64,000 nucleotides of DNA, taken from contig NC_068983.1 of NCBI RefSeq assembly GCF_001194135.2, forward strand, positions 78,732,108-78,796,107, given 5' to 3'. The number at the start of each line of letters is the position of its first letter. Position 1 is the first letter of the stretch. This document shows, one piece after another, positions 26,089 through 39,970 of the stretch. The position numbers were made by a program, and so were the translations under genes. The stretch comes from Octopus bimaculoides (Eukaryota). Below the pieces are notes generated by a model. That model was not told the origin of the DNA and made no database searches. It saw only the letters and a list, made by a program, of their open reading frames with translations.

Positions 26089-27430
26089 CTCAATGCTAAA
26101 AACAAGATAATGGGTATCAACACTTTAGCTGTCCCAGTTATAAGCTACAGCTACAACATCCTTAACTGGACACTAAACGAACTATGTAAAATAGACAGGA
26201 AAACAAGAAAAATAATGACAGGATATAGGATGCACCACCCAAAATCTGACATAGAAAGGCTATATATACAACGCACAGAAGGTGGCAGGGGTCTTATACA
26301 GCTAGAAATCTATTATAAAATAACCACTATAGGACTGCAAAAATNNNNNNNNNNNNNNNNNNNNNNNNNNNNNNNNNNNNNNNNNNNNNNNNNNNNNNNN
26401 NNNNNNNNNNNNNNNNNNNNNNNNNNNNNNNNNNNNNNNNNNNNNNNNNNNNNNNNNNNNNNNNNNNNNNNNNNNNNNNNNNNNNNNNNNNNNNNNNNNN
26501 NNNNNNNNNNNNNNNNNNNNNNNNNNNNNNNNNNNNNNNNNNNNNNNNNNNNNNNNNNNNNNNNNNNNNNNNNNNNNNNNNNNNNNNNNNNNNNNNNNNN
26601 NNNNNNNNNNNNNNNNNNNNNNNNNNNNNNNNNNNNNNNNNNNNNNNNNNNNNNNNNNNNNNNNNNNNNNNNNNNNNNNNNNNNNNNNNNNNNNNNNNNN
26701 NNNNNNNNNNNNNNNNNNNNNNNNNNNNNNNNNNNNNNNNNNNNNNNNNNNNNNNNNNNNNNNNNNNNNNNNNNNNNNNNNNNNNNNNNNNNNNNNNNNN
26801 NNNNNNNNNNNNNNNNNNNNNNNNNNNNNNNNNNNNNNNNNNNNNNNNNNNNNNNNNNNNNNNNNNNNNNNNNNNNNNNNNNNNNNNNNNNNNNNNNNNN
26901 NNNNNNNNNNNNNNNNNNNNNNNNNNNNNNNNNNNNNNNNNNNNNNNNNNNNNNNNNNNNNNNNNNNNNNNNNNNNNNNNNNNNNNNNNNNNNNNNNNNN
27001 NNNNNNNNNNNNNNNNNNNNNNNNNNNNNNNNNNNNNNNNNNNNNNNNNNNNNNNNNNNNNNNNNNNNNNNNNNNNNNNNNNNNNNNNNNNNNNNNNNNN
27101 NNNNNNNNNNNNNNNNNNNNNNNNAAAATACAAAGACCTGGAAATAGAGATAACTCGAATGTGGAATCTAAAAACAGAAACAATTCCTATCATAGTAGGT
27201 GCCTTAGGTATAATAAAAAAATATTCAGACAAATACATAACAAAAATAGCAGGACTTACAAATATATATAACATACAGAAAATTGCACTACTGGGTACTG
27301 CACACATCCTACGCAAAACACTTTCAATACAGTAAACATAAGAGCACCACAGCAAACCACAGCACATACCCAAGGCGCACAGAGCTGCGCTCGGTAGTGA
27401 AGTGAAAGCACGTTATAAAAATAAAACTAC
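26086..27430 (+). mobile_element. R4/Dong-like non-LTR retrotransposon (RLE type), 3' part, inside (TAA)n and spanning a gap
   Basis: NAKNKIMGINTLAVPVISYS...RLYIQRTEGGRGL before the gap; KYKDLEIEITRMW...IPIIVGALG...QKIALLGTAHILRKTL* at 27126-27335 after it; (TAA)n on both flanks. Confidence 0.88.
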
Positions 27431-29094
27431 TGAATAATAATAATAATGATAATCATATACGCTTAAAAATTATTTAAAAAATTACAAATATAATCAAAAT
27501 TTCAGGACTTTCATACATAACATGCACAAAATATCACCGTTTGGCACTGTATATTTATTATGTAGAGTACTCACTACATGATGGAAAATGCAAAAACAGA
27601 ACACAGCATGTACCTGGGGCACACAAAGCTGCACTCAGTTGTGCAGTGAAAACATGCAATAAATATAAAGAAAAATAATAGAAATTTAATAACAATAATG
27701 ATAATAATGATGATGATGATGATGATAATTGTTTCTAAGCTTTCTAAAATTTTCAGCATCAAGAATTGCACTTCATTATATTTTATTAAAGGTAAACATG
27801 TTTCAGTTTTGTTTCTATGTTCCCCTTTGAGCGTTCATCATTGTTGTTATCATTATCCCCATCATCATCATCGTCACCATCATCATCATCATCATCATCA
27901 TTGTCATCTTCGTCATCATCGTTGTCATCATCATTATCATCATCATCATTATCGTCATCACTTTCATAATCATAAGGGGTTTTGATATAAGGTAAACTGT
28001 AAATGTACAAACAAAATAAATACCAAATGCTGGTTGATTGCATTTTCTCACATGAATTTAATTGGAAATGTTGTTGTTGTTGAAATGATTTAAAAAATAA
28101 CACTTGATGAAGAAATACTTTTATTTTGTTTTCAAATTAATTGAGAATAAATTACAGATGGAATTTATAATTTATTTGTTTTGTTCTATTTTATCTTTTT
28201 TTTTTTCAGATTCATTCCTTGAAGAGAAATAATGAAAATGATTTTTTTTTAATAAATGAAAAACAAAAGTAAAATGATCAGTAATATTTGTTTAACACAA
28301 TCATCTTTTATTAATGAACTAGATTCTCTAGGAGGTCTACATAATTAATTGTATTAACACTACACTTTCTAATTAATTAAGCTTACATATTGACAAAACT
28401 TATTTCTTAAGGTACAATATTTTCATTCTAATTGAATAGCATTTAAAAACTGTTTATTTACTTATTGAAGTTGCTTACATTGTTGCTCTTCTTTTTATTT
28501 CTATGTTAACATCAGTTTAATAGATCTTCAAATTTAGAGTGTTTTCTGAATTTTGAAGTTGTATTTTATTGCTACTGGGTTTTTATGACTAATCTATCTC
28601 GTTTCAATGCTCCGCCATGGCCAGTTATATTTATTTTAGTGCAAGACATTGTAAGACATGTAGTTTTTAGATACCATACAGAAGAACCTAGATTTAAATT
28701 TGTAACTCTCATACAATAAATAACATTTACTCTAGTTGCAGAAAATTATGTATTTTCTGCATAAATTATAATAATTAATTTCCAAACTTTTAACAACATC
28801 ATTTTGAAAAAGCTACAGAGTCAGCATATGAGTAAGGAATTGAAATGCATGTTAATATTTCATTTCAAAACAATGGAAGATTGATAGAATTGTTAATATT
28901 TGACAAAATATCATGTGATATTTAAGTCTTAATTGTTATATCCTGGATTCAAATCCTGTTAAAGTCAACTTTTCTTTGTCATCCTTCTGTGGTCAATAAA
29001 ATAAAGTACGAGTCAAATACCAGGGTTAATTTAATTGACTGTACTCTCCCACATAAAATATTGTGAGGTCTTGTGTCAATGTTAGGAATGACTA

Positions 29095-29400
29095 TTATTT
29101 CATCATCGTTATCATCATTTAATGTCCATTGTCCATGATGGCATGGGCTGAACGGTTTGTCCAAGGTTGGTAAGCAGAGGGGTTGCACCAGATTCCTATC
29201 TGATTTGCTTTGGTTTCTATGGCTGGATGTCCTTCCTAATGCCAACCACTCCAGGAGTGTAATGGGTGCTTTTATGTGCCACCAGTACCTGTCACGACGA
29301 TGATTTCACTGGGCTTGGTGGATCTTTCTTCTCAAGCGCAGCATAATGCCAAAGATCTTGGTCATTTGTCATTGCTTCAATGAGGCCCAGTCCTCAAAAG
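29095..29400 (-). mobile_element. RTE 3' tail copy
   Basis: Reverse-complement homology to the 11900-12081 tail. Confidence 0.7.
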
Positions 29401-29820
29401 GTGCATTTTTACATGCCACCAGCATGGTCGCTAGTTCCACAGCACCAGCATTGGTCACATTGCTTCCATGCATCTCTAAATTCTCCTATGCAGAATTGAT
29501 TCCTACTCTTCAGTTCATATTCCCTCAGCACCATTCCACACACAAAATTACAGCACCCAACATTTACTGAAATTTGATATCAATTACAATCACTGCATCA
29601 ATAAGCTTCTTCCATTCAAAAATATCTTTGAGTGGTTAAAGAGTCAGCCCTTGCTCTTTAAAAGTAGTTATAATATTATATACTTTCATTCTTTCACTGA
29701 TCCCACTCAAGAAACTGCAGCTTTGCTGGAGAACTGCCTTATAAGAATTTAGTCACTAAAAACAGCATTTTGTTCTTTGTTCTCCCTACTTTGATATAAA
29801 CGTGCACATATAAGAGTAAG

Positions 29821-30084
29821 GTGGAGGTGCATGGCTTAGTGGTTAGGGTGTCAGCATCATGATCGTAAGATTTTGGTTTCGATTCCTGGACCGGGCAACG
29901 CGTTGTGTTCTTGAGCAAAACACTTCATTTCACGTTGTTCTAGTCCACTCAGCTGGCAAAAATGAGTAACACTGCAATGGACTAGCGTCCCGTCCAGCTG
30001 GGGAACACATACGCCATTGAAACCAGGAAACTGGGCCCATGAACCAGGCTAGGCTTTAAAAGGGCGCATTTATTTATTTATTTT
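29821..30084 (+). mobile_element. tRNA-derived SINE, family 3 (V-SINE-like central motif), with TSD
   Basis: tRNA-like head, then ttcttgagcaaaacacttc and ctgcaatggactagcgtcccgtccag, ending in (ATTT)n. TSD atataagagta at 29808-29818 and 30085-30095. A second copy lies at 60803. Confidence 0.75.
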
Positions 30085-30089
30085 ATATA

Positions 30090-30505
30090 AGAGTAGGAGT
30101 GGCTGTGTGATAAGAAGTTTACTTCCCAACCACATCATTCTACGTTCAGTACCATTGCATGGCCTCTCAGGCTAGTATCTTCTACTATAGCCTCAGGCCA
30201 ACCAAGGCCTTGTGAGTAGATTTGGTAGATGAAAACTGAAAGAAGCCCGTGATATATATATATATATATATATATATCTGTGTATGTGTGTGTGTCTTTG
30301 TGTCTGTGTTTGTCTGTCATCATTGCCTGAAAACCGGTGTTGGTGTGTTTACATCCCTGTAACTTAGTGGTTTGGCAAATAGAAGCAGTACCAGGGTTTA
30401 AAGAAAAAGGTACTGGGGTTGGTTTGTTTGACAAAAATGCTTCAAGGCAGTGCCCCAGTATGGCCACAATCTAATGATTAAAACAAGTAAAAAGTAAAAG
30501 ATAAA
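30090..30505 (+). mobile_element. SINE family 1, full length
   Basis: Collinear with 1422-1840. Confidence 0.85.
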
Positions 30506-30917
30506 AGATGCACATATACAACTACTTTCATTCATGAAATTTCACTCGCAATTTACAAGGCATTAGTTAGCACAAGATTATAGCAGAAGACACTTGTTCA
30601 ATGTGCTGAGCAGTTAAATAGAACTAAGAATCATTGGGTAACAAAGATGTTCTTGATCACACAGTCAATTTGTCATAAATTTTACTAAAAGAATCATGAA
30701 AATTATATAGGAATGGCTTTGTTTCTTCCAGTTAATATATATATCAGCCTACAATATATTCTTTACTATGAAATGGCTGCATGGTTAAGAAGTTTATTTC
30801 CAACCATGTGTTTTTAGGCTTGGTTCCACTATGGCAAGTGTCTTCTACTTTACTCACAAGGTGTTGTGAGTAAAATTTGGTTGATAGAAACTCTACAGAA
30901 GCCTGATAACACACATA

Positions 30918-31151
30918 TAGACAGTAACTTTCTTTTGCCACTATAACATAGCTGTTCTATAAAGAACTATGTTACTACATTTTAACCCCAAGAAAATATC
31001 TTTTCTAGCTGGTTAACTACACACAACCTGTGTCCAATATATTGTGTGTCATTGACCGGCTGGAAAAGACGTTTTCCTGCGATTAAAATGTAGTAACATA
31101 GTTCTTTAGAGAACAGCAATGTTATAGTGGCAGAAAAAACGTTACTATCTA
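30918..31151. mobile_element. Foldback MITE-like hairpin related to 15707-15959
   Basis: Inverted arms of about 105 bp (gccactataacatagctgttct...atgttactacattttaa and its reverse complement) around a short loop. Confidence 0.85.
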
Positions 31152-31204
31152 GCATTGCTACTACTTATATCATGTTTAGAGATTTTAGAACTAGCTACTT
31201 TGCT

Positions 31205-31465
31205 CATCGTTGCCAGTGCCACTGGACTGGGTCCCGTGCAGGTGGCATGTAAAAAACACCTTTTGAGCAAGGCCATTGCCAGTACCGTGTGACCGGCCCT
31301 CGTGCCGGTGGCACGTAAAAGCACCCACTACACTCTCAGACTGGTTGGCATTAGGAAGGGCATCCAGCTGTAGAAACTCTGCCAGATCAGATTGGAGCCT
31401 GGTGCAGCCATCTGGTTCGTCAGTCTTCAGTCAAATCGTCCAACCCATGCGGACATTAAATGATA
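31205..31465 (+). mobile_element. RTE 3' UTR/tail copy
   Basis: Close match to 11810-12070 and to the reverse complement of 59135-59390. Confidence 0.8.
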
Positions 31466-31808
31466 GACGATATATTTTATGGTAGTTTTGACTTTAAGAG
31501 TCCCTCCTTGCATGAGGCATTTATGTATAGTAATGCCCTTAATATAAATAAATAGATATATATATATGTGTGTGTATGTATGTACATATGCATGTATATA
31601 AGTGTATGCATATATGTACATAAATATTTGAATGTGACTGTAATTGTGTCCAAACTTGTGATTATTCTACAAGTTAGCGGTTCAACAAAAAGACAAAAAG
31701 ATTGATAAAATAAGGACTGTGATCAATAAGATCACATAAACCTCTGAAATTAAAGCCCTAATCTGGTCACATTCCACTCACTGAAAAAATAAACATTAAA
31801 AGAATAAA

Positions 31809-31846
<38 letters not shown>

Positions 31847-31931
31847 NNNNNNNNNNTATATATATATATGTGTATGTTAGTGTGTGTTTGTGTGTTGTGG
31901 TGCATATGTGTGTGTGAGTGTGTATATGTAA

Positions 31932-31983
<52 letters not shown>

Positions 31984-32250
31984 GTATACACTCACACACA
32001 AATACAAACTTGGAAACTGTATAAAGAAAATAACAAATGCAAGTAATAGTAGTAAATGTGGAAAAAAAAATCAAGCAAAAATTAGAGTATTGTCATTCTT
32101 ACATTTAAAATTTGAGGTTTAATGACAGAAGAATATCCAAGTGCAAGATGCAGTTGATTCTGTAAAAACGAAAGCAAGGAAGATAATTTCAAGAATGCAA
32201 AAGAAAATAAACTAAATTTAACTTTTGAATTAAAAGTAACAAGAATTTTA

Positions 32251-32281
<31 letters not shown>

Positions 32282-33132
32282 CATTCCATGAAGACTATAT
32301 CTGTTGTTTTGTTTTTCTGGGGTTTATTTTCTAATTTTCTTATTTTTTTTTTAATTTCCATCTATCACAAATATTTCCATTAACTTAAAATAGCATAATA
32401 ATTCTGCTGAAGGATGAAGAAAAAAAACAAAACATTATAAAACTCGACTTGTTTCCATCCATTTTCTTCATGAGGAATCACTACTCACAAGAAATAAACT
32501 AGATTAAATTTAGTTTATTTCTAAGAGTCTTTTATGAAATGAAACTTTTAAAATTTCAGCTGAACAATGTTAATGGTTTTCACAGGAAATCATTGCATTG
32601 AAATATTAGCAATAATTAGGTGTTAGAAAATAAGCAAGAAAATGTTTGATTAAAATTAGATAATAGGAATAGGCATATGCATCATTTGAGGTGTTAGTAA
32701 AAAGTTTTGTTTCTGAAGAAGTCAAGTAAAATAATCTAGATATAACTGCAAGAAATGAAAATAAAAACCTTAACCGAATTTCTCAACAAAATTTCTCATT
32801 ATTGATAATTAGTGATTCAATCACTCCCAAAATAATTTAGAGAGATTTTAATTATTTACAAAGCAAACATAGTTCAATATGGTCACTGACTTTTGACTCT
32901 GAGGAGAGCATATAATTCTGATTGCCTCTCTGACATTTCATAGGTTTCATGATTGGTAAGCTAAGGGTCATATAGGTGTATACAACTGTAACAGTATTTA
33001 CTCCAACAAAAATTACCCACTGATGATACCAATGAAAATGGGTGTTAAGAGGCCAAATAAAAAAGAAAATAATTTATAAAAAGTGTCTTGGCACTTGATA
33101 AAAATAATAGTGTATAATCCAGATTTAAGCAC

Positions 33133-33214
33133 CTGGTAAAATATAAATATTCTGTCAAGAAGTAAGGTTCTTCATAGTTACCAAGAACTTCTGATAACAA
33201 AATATAATTTTTGT
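33133..33214 (-). CDS. Candidate internal exon (82 nt, phase 1-2; alternative donor at 33182 gives 33 nt)
   Basis: gtttcattttag|AC AAA AAT TAT...TTT ACC AG|gtgctt encodes (N)KNYILLSEVLGNYEEPYFLTEYLYFT(R) and is in frame with 33734-33798. The donor is weak. Confidence 0.35.
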
Positions 33215-33733
33215 CTAAAATGAAACCAACTAAATAACAATTTATGAAAGTCCAACACACCAAATATCAAAGGTGATATAGATTGTCTAACCCATCTGTT
33301 GCTTACAGTTGAGTGCTAGAATTAATCTGGTCAGCAAAATATGGACAAAATAATTTACTATAATTTTAGTTAGGTACATCACTGTCCTTGGCTAAAATAT
33401 TGCAGGGCTGAGTCATCATTTCCTACTTTTAGGATGATGTAGTGCTAACTGTAATATACTGGGCTTCAGTTACATACATCTACTCCATAAAATAGATTTT
33501 TACCTTGGCTGTAAGAAATCGATATTTAACTATGATGGGAAATAAAAAATCACATCTTTGTTGTATAATGACGATGAATTGAATTGAAAATGAAACTATA
33601 TTTGACATGTTGAGTTTTATACATAATCCCCAAGTATTTCAAATGCTGCTATTATTCAAAAAGCTTACTCACTAGGACTAACTGAGATACTTGCCACTAC
33701 AGTGACAATAACAAAATCTGTGGATCAACATAC

Positions 33734-33798
33734 TTGTTCTCAAACTGTTTTCCGTGATATATTTGTAAGCCATTTTCTTGCTGTCAAATTGCAACACA
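33734..33798 (-). CDS. Candidate internal exon (65 nt, phase 2-1)
   Basis: ttttactttttttcttag|T GTG TTG CAA...AGA ACA A|gtatgt: strong acceptor and donor, a single open frame encoding VLQFDSKKMAYKYITENSLRT. Confidence 0.4.
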
Positions 33799-34217
33799 CT
33801 AAGAAAAAAAGTAAAACTCAATGGTAAAAATCAGGCATTAAATACAAGAAATTAAAAAAAAAAAAAAAGAGAAAAATTATCAAACAAAAATATAACCTAA
33901 AATTTGTACTGAATGGCTGTTACATTATAATTAAGTCAGTGAAATTTTAGAGCTGGCACATCAAATGTATCTAAATCATATCTGCTTTAAAGAAAATATT
34001 TTTTTAAACTTCCCAATTGACAGGTACCCAATAAGCATTGCTGTTCACACCAGGTGTTGTAAACCTATAATTCTCCATTAAATTCCACTAGAAGTATAAT
34101 TTATGATCAACTTTATAATAAAATATAGTTTACCAACGAGTGATTGCATGCAAAAACAACAACTAATGAAAAACTAAAGATTGTGTTCAAACAGAGAATC
34201 AATCATTGCTCTCTTAC

Positions 34218-34249
34218 AAGATGTCAATAAACAAGAAAGATTCCACTGA
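34218..34249 (-). CDS. Candidate internal exon (32 nt)
   Basis: ttttttttacgttattacag|TCA GTG GAA...ATC TT|gtaaga. The phase 0-2 reading SVESFLFIDI(F) joins 33798 in frame. Confidence 0.25.
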
Positions 34250-34690
34250 CTGTAATAACGTAAAAAAAAATATATTAGTAAAATGATTGAAAAGAACATT
34301 TTTTTTTTTTCCTTTTTCCAAATTCTACACAAGAAGTCAAGTTACAACTGATAGCATTTACATCTAATGATGTTGGGGAAAAGAAATATGGATGATGGTG
34401 ATCATGATGATGATAGGGATAAGTATAATAATGAGAAGAATGATGACAAAGAAAATGTTGACTTTGACATTCGAAATATCTGCTTGTAATTGCTCAGTCA
34501 GAAGCTAAATATTGAATCAAAGAAACTTCTTCCATCCTGGCATAATGCAGTAACACTTACTACTACAAGAAAATGGTAAAAAAAATATTTTGACTTTATT
34601 TGCTGAATATGTACAAAAAATTTCCTTCAAATCACACCCTACTATCTAAAAAAAAAAGAGAGAAAATGGAGGGACACATTGAATAATGTA

Positions 34691-35135
34691 TTGGGTTGGC
34701 AACTAAGTTCCCGCCGTTTTTTTAACTTAAATTTTTTTAAAGGTTTAATAAAAAATAACACTAATTAATCAATAATGTATTCACCCTTGTTGTTTACAAC
34801 TTCTTCTCACTGTTCAACATGATTTTCAATACCTCGTTGGTAGAAATCATCTGTTTTCGACTCGAAAAACTGATCCAACCAAGCTTTCAATTCTGCATCA
34901 GTATTGAATGAAACTTCGCGTATAGCATTTGAAAGAGATTGAAAGAAGTGGAAATCTATTGGTGCCAAATCAGGAGAGTACGGCTGGTGTGGCAGCACTT
35001 CCCAGCTATGCATTTGAATGGCTTCCTTGGTTATATTGGCAATATGAGGACGAACGTTGTTGTGCAGCAGAAAAACTCCATACTGCCAATTAGGTCTTTT
35101 CTCTTGAATAGCTGTGTTGAGAACATTAAAGGAAT
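34691..35135 (-). mobile_element. Mariner family A, 3' half with terminal inverted repeat
   Basis: TA followed by ttgggttggcaactaagttcccgccg at 34689-34716; LLHNNVRPH and WEVLPHQPYSPDLAPIDFHFF...KGEYIID on the minus strand. Confidence 0.92.
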
Positions 35136-35576
35136 TTAAAAAAAAAAGATATAGAGAGAAGGAAACCCTTTAGTGTAGGAAGATATATTTCCTGGTTTAA
35201 GCAAGTGACAAGACCAAGGCAAGAATGTTGAGAGCAAGGAAAAACAAAGTGAGATGAATTAATGCTTGCAAAAACAAGTTGGAAGTTTAGAAGGGAGTGG
35301 ATAACTGCAATCAAAAACAAGGTATGGGAGAGGAAGAGGGTGTACATATGTGTTGATAAAAATATTGAGAACAATGAAAAATTTAAAGTTAACAGGTAAA
35401 AAATAAATTTAAAGAACTGAATTTGAAGGCACTAAGCAACAAAAATATACAGAAAATGGAGGCCAAAAATGACAACAAGGGACAGGCAAATACAATAGTG
35501 TCGCAACAAATATATATTATTTTTAAAAAATGAGTTTTCACACATGTATGTATGTGTGTGTGCGTGCGTGCATGTG

Positions 35577-35615
<39 letters not shown>

Positions 35616-35720
35616 CTGCTTTTAATTTTCAAGATCATTAAGTTGTTTTTAGTTTCTGTAAGGGCAGAATCATAGAGTGTATCTCAAAATTAGTTGGCAT
35701 ACCTAATAATTTTCACTCAC

Positions 35721-35823
35721 ACAGAATTTCATCACTTCGAGAATACTTGTAGACATGTATGTGTGCACCAATAAGAAAAGTACTTATAAAAAGGTAACTA
35801 TCCAGGACAGAAGATTGGCAGAA
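35721..35823 (-). CDS. Candidate internal exon (103 nt, phase 0-1)
   Basis: tttccttttcatttttacag|TTC TGC...ATT CTG T|gtgagt: strong sites, a single open frame encoding FCQSSVLDSYLFISTFLIGAHIHVYKYSRSDEIL. I could not link it in phase to the next candidate. Confidence 0.35.
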
Positions 35824-38800
35824 CTGTAAAAATGAAAAGGAAACTGGATGCTTCATGCATTTTATTTTGGCTCTTTGTGCTCTTGGTTTCAATCCTACCA
35901 TAGCCTACTTAGGTGGAAGAGTTGATCTGTCACCCAGTTCAACACCAACACCAGGTACTTAGGGAGCTTTTTGTAGATTTTACTGTAGGTTTCCAGTTTG
36001 AGGATGCCTTTCTCTCTTCCTCCCACCAGTCTTATCACCCTGTAAAAGAAGCATGAGGGTTGCTTTCTCTCCTGAGTAAAAGATAAAAATAGAAAGACCA
36101 GTCATGGGTCAATGACGGGTTGTTTGATGTCCTTGAATTTTATAATTTTTATTCCTTGCGATGGAGTTCCACTGTGGAAGCAACACATTTTACTTTGAGC
36201 TATATTGTTTCTCCTCTCCTTATTGTTTAGAACAATCTCTACTGAAGCATATGTGAGTGATTATTGCTATCTAATCCATAGGCCAACAATGATCAGCCCA
36301 CTTATGACCAAAAGTGTTCTAGCTCTAATCATCCCACATCCCATCTTTTATTCAAACAGTGTCTTGTAACATTATCCAAGTGATTTAATTATCTTTCACA
36401 TGATCTTTTTAAAAACAGTAGAGTGTGAGTTGAAAGATATTTGATTGACTTTTTTTTAGCAGATAGAGTGGCCATTTAGGGGCTCACTCAATATTTTAAC
36501 AATGCATTAGAAAGTGTCCCAAATATATGTTAATTAAGCTTATTCCAATATGTTTTTTAAGGATGGTTAGACCATTTTAGATAATGCAGGGCAACAGATT
36601 TAGTGCTTCTTATATACACATTCTTAATCACCTCTTCCAGTAGGTTGATGGCATAGAGGAATCATATATTCTTTTAGTCATTACCATCTGTATGAAGGTG
36701 AAAAACCATTGCAGTGAACCAATGACTGGTCTGTTGGAATCCTATTTATGTAGAAATATCCAACGATGTTATCCTTTACACATGCATGTAATATAACAAA
36801 ACTTATTGACATTCCTCGCCTTTTTGCAAATGACCTTCTTTTGTTTTTCTTCATACTTCTGCTGTTGCTGTTATTTCAACATTCCTCGTTGTTCCATTTC
36901 TATTCCTACAATGTTATTGACTAAGTTGTTAGCATTGCCACTGTTATTATTGTTGTTGTAGTTGATTTCGCTGTGATTTTATTGCTAATGCTGTTTCTAG
37001 AGTGATTCATTTTGTTTTTGCAAATGCTGTTGACAGTGTATAGTTGATGCCAGCTTTTATGCATTCATTCCCTTTCTACATATTATTACAAGTAAAAACA
37101 AAAATGTTATCATTCTCACTTTCTAGTTTCTCACAATCTACTGATACCATATGCTTAATCATTTTCTTTGCATGTTGATAGACATCTTGTCTTTAAGGTT
37201 CAGTCTTTCAATATCATCGAAGTTACAGCTTCTTCAAATCTTCTTTCATTCTGTGATAAATCTATCTACTAAATGAACAATAAAAAGTATCAACTCAGAC
37301 ATTTTCTAGGCAGAAAGTTATCTCCTATAAAAATACATATATTTTGTATTATGTAATGTCACCTTCCAAACAGTTTAGGCAACAGAGATGTTTATCACTC
37401 TTATCTAGGCAACATCTGTAACACAAATTTTCCAGAAAAATCCAGAAAGCGAAAAATGTATAGATATTTCACATACTTTCCAGTCTTTCAACAGGTAAAG
37501 AGATTACCTCATGTTAGCCCTGAACTCACAGATGCCAATAGAAGCTATCTTCTATTTTTAGTGTACTACTTATATCTTTAAATCAATAGGGTTATTTGAT
37601 TAAAACTTTTAATAATTTTCCCTTTTGTCAACATCTGTGGTCACAGTATGGCTGAATGCTTAAGAAGTTTGTTTTGCAAATACAAGTTACCCTTTATGTT
37701 ACCTTGGGCAAATGTCATTTTCAAAAGCCTCAGATCAATTCATACCAAGTGAGCAAATATGGTACATGAAAACTGGAGTCCTATGGCTGGATTGTAACTG
37801 AAATTTAAAAGACAAAGATTCATCACATGCCATGTTTGCAGGTTCTATTTGAGATATACATAATATGAGCATGTGTTTGTGAAATACTCATTCACTCACA
37901 CATGCACCAACTTTGAAAATCAAGTGGAATGGTCATAACTTGACAGTATTTGATTGTCAGTCTGTTTAGTCATGACTGATCTGGAGTTAAACAATAACTT
38001 TTTCTATGTTAGGCTCAAGACTAGCAATTTTGAGAAGGAGTTAGTTGTTATCAATGATTCAAGTACTTCAGTTATAGTTTATCAACCCAAGAGGGATGAA
38101 AAGTAAAATTGACCTTAGCTGGATTTGAACTCTGAAATTAAAGAGTTGGAAAAATATTGGTTTCAAGTTTTGGCACAAGACCAGCAATTTCAGGAGAGGG
38201 GTAAGTCGATTACTTCAACCCCAGTGTTCAACTCATACTTATTTTATTGACCCCCCAAAAGGATGAAAGGTAAAGTTGGCCTCAGTGGAATTTGAACTCA
38301 GAACTTGAAGACAGATGAAATTATGCCTGGCATGCTAATGATTCTGCCAGCTTACTGCCTTAGAGGTGAAAGAAATATTGCAATATATTTTGTCCTTTGT
38401 AATGATTCTGCAAATCCACTACCATAGAAGCTGAATAATAACAAACAGCAAATCTATACTTTCCAGAAACTGTTCCGCCATTTTAGCTTCTTCTCATTTT
38501 CATTTCTTTTAGATAACACCAATACCAATAAATTCATTGACCTGTTCTAAATAAACCCATCCTCACAAATTTTAATTTCCCACTAGAGATTGGTAATAAG
38601 AATTCATACAAAATGTTTTGCTCATATACGATGGTTTCAACATATTTTTTTTTTTCATTTTTAACAATTTCTCTTCCTGTCTCTACTACATCATTTATAT
38701 TCCTAAATTTAACAGGAAATTTTCAAAGGCTTACAATTTTCCAAAGCTCATTGTTCATACAGCATATCATTTCTCACATCGCATTTAAAGCTCTTTCCTA

Positions 38801-39310
38801 TTTCATCATTCCATACTCTTTTACTTCACAGTGAGTAAGCCTGCCAATCCATGTGTAAATTAATGTCTTTTTTCCTCAATTTACACCAAATGTGCTGTGT
38901 CACAAATAATTACAATTTTTGTTTTTACTATTTGGTAATTTCTTTTGGATCCTTTTATTTGTTCTAGTTATTTCTATCCCTTGAGAGAGTCTCTATTTGG
39001 TCCTTGGTCACTGAAGCTGACATAAACATTAGCCAAATTTTCCTTCCAAATCAATCTTTACTCTCTTAAAAAAAGAAAAGCCATATTTGATAATGTAGTT
39101 CTAATTATATTATGCCTGAAAAGAAGATGAACCGGAAAACATTTGATCATAGGTTTACCAAATCAAGGCTGGATCGGGGTTAAATGACAACAACCATTTA
39201 CTTCTTCGATTTCTTTTTCTTTTTCTTGCAACTTTCCCATACTCCATAATGGCACTTCTGCTACATCTTTGGAAATTAATAATTCTTGTTTTTTGTAATG
39301 TCAATTTCTA

Positions 39311-39970
39311 TTAGGTCATCCCAGAAATAATGTGGTCTTTTATACTTCTTTTATTTCTCTAAATTAATATAAACAAAGTTCTTTTTTAATCTAAGATATA
39401 CTCTCCTTTCTTTTCTACAATGCTCTTCCATCTATCTGGTAGACTTGCAAGGTCCCTCTTCCAAAATTCACTTGTCTGTGATGAAAAATACTCCTCCAGT
39501 ACTGTTCTGACTTTGTCTATAGAATTCATATTCTTTCCGTCCAGAAGATTTTGAAAACTGAAGAATAAATGATAATCAAATGGGGCAATATCCAGCAAAT
39601 ATGGTGGATGGGGCATCGTTTCCCATTCAAACTGTTCCAGCCTTTGGGATGTCATCCTTACTGTATGCAGTCAAGCATTATCCTGATGGAAGAACACCTT
39701 TTGTCTTGAAACCAAAGATGGTTGTTTTTCTTCTAGCACTGACTTAAGTCCCTCAAGCTACTCACAGCAGATCTCCTTTATCATTTGCTTTGGGTTTAAA
39801 AATTCAAAATGGACTAAACCTTTCAATACTTGATATAGAAGATCTTCTTTACCCCTGATGTAGAAGTTCTTCTTTACCCACTGTCTTTGGTGCTTGACAT
39901 TTTTATAGACAACCCATTTCTTATCACCAGTCATTATTCAGTCCAAAACAGGTTCATTTGTGAGACATGA
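39311..39970 (-). mobile_element. Mariner family B, 3' portion with putative TIR
   Basis: ORF 39386-39655, a degraded TGD.KW motif near 39920-39935, and TA followed by ttaggtcatcccagaaataa at 39309-39330. Confidence 0.88.

Noticed and set aside
26041-27373. Longest ORFs in the track (293-368 aa)
   Set aside because: They are mostly X from the N-gap; the real flanks are retrotransposon sequence.
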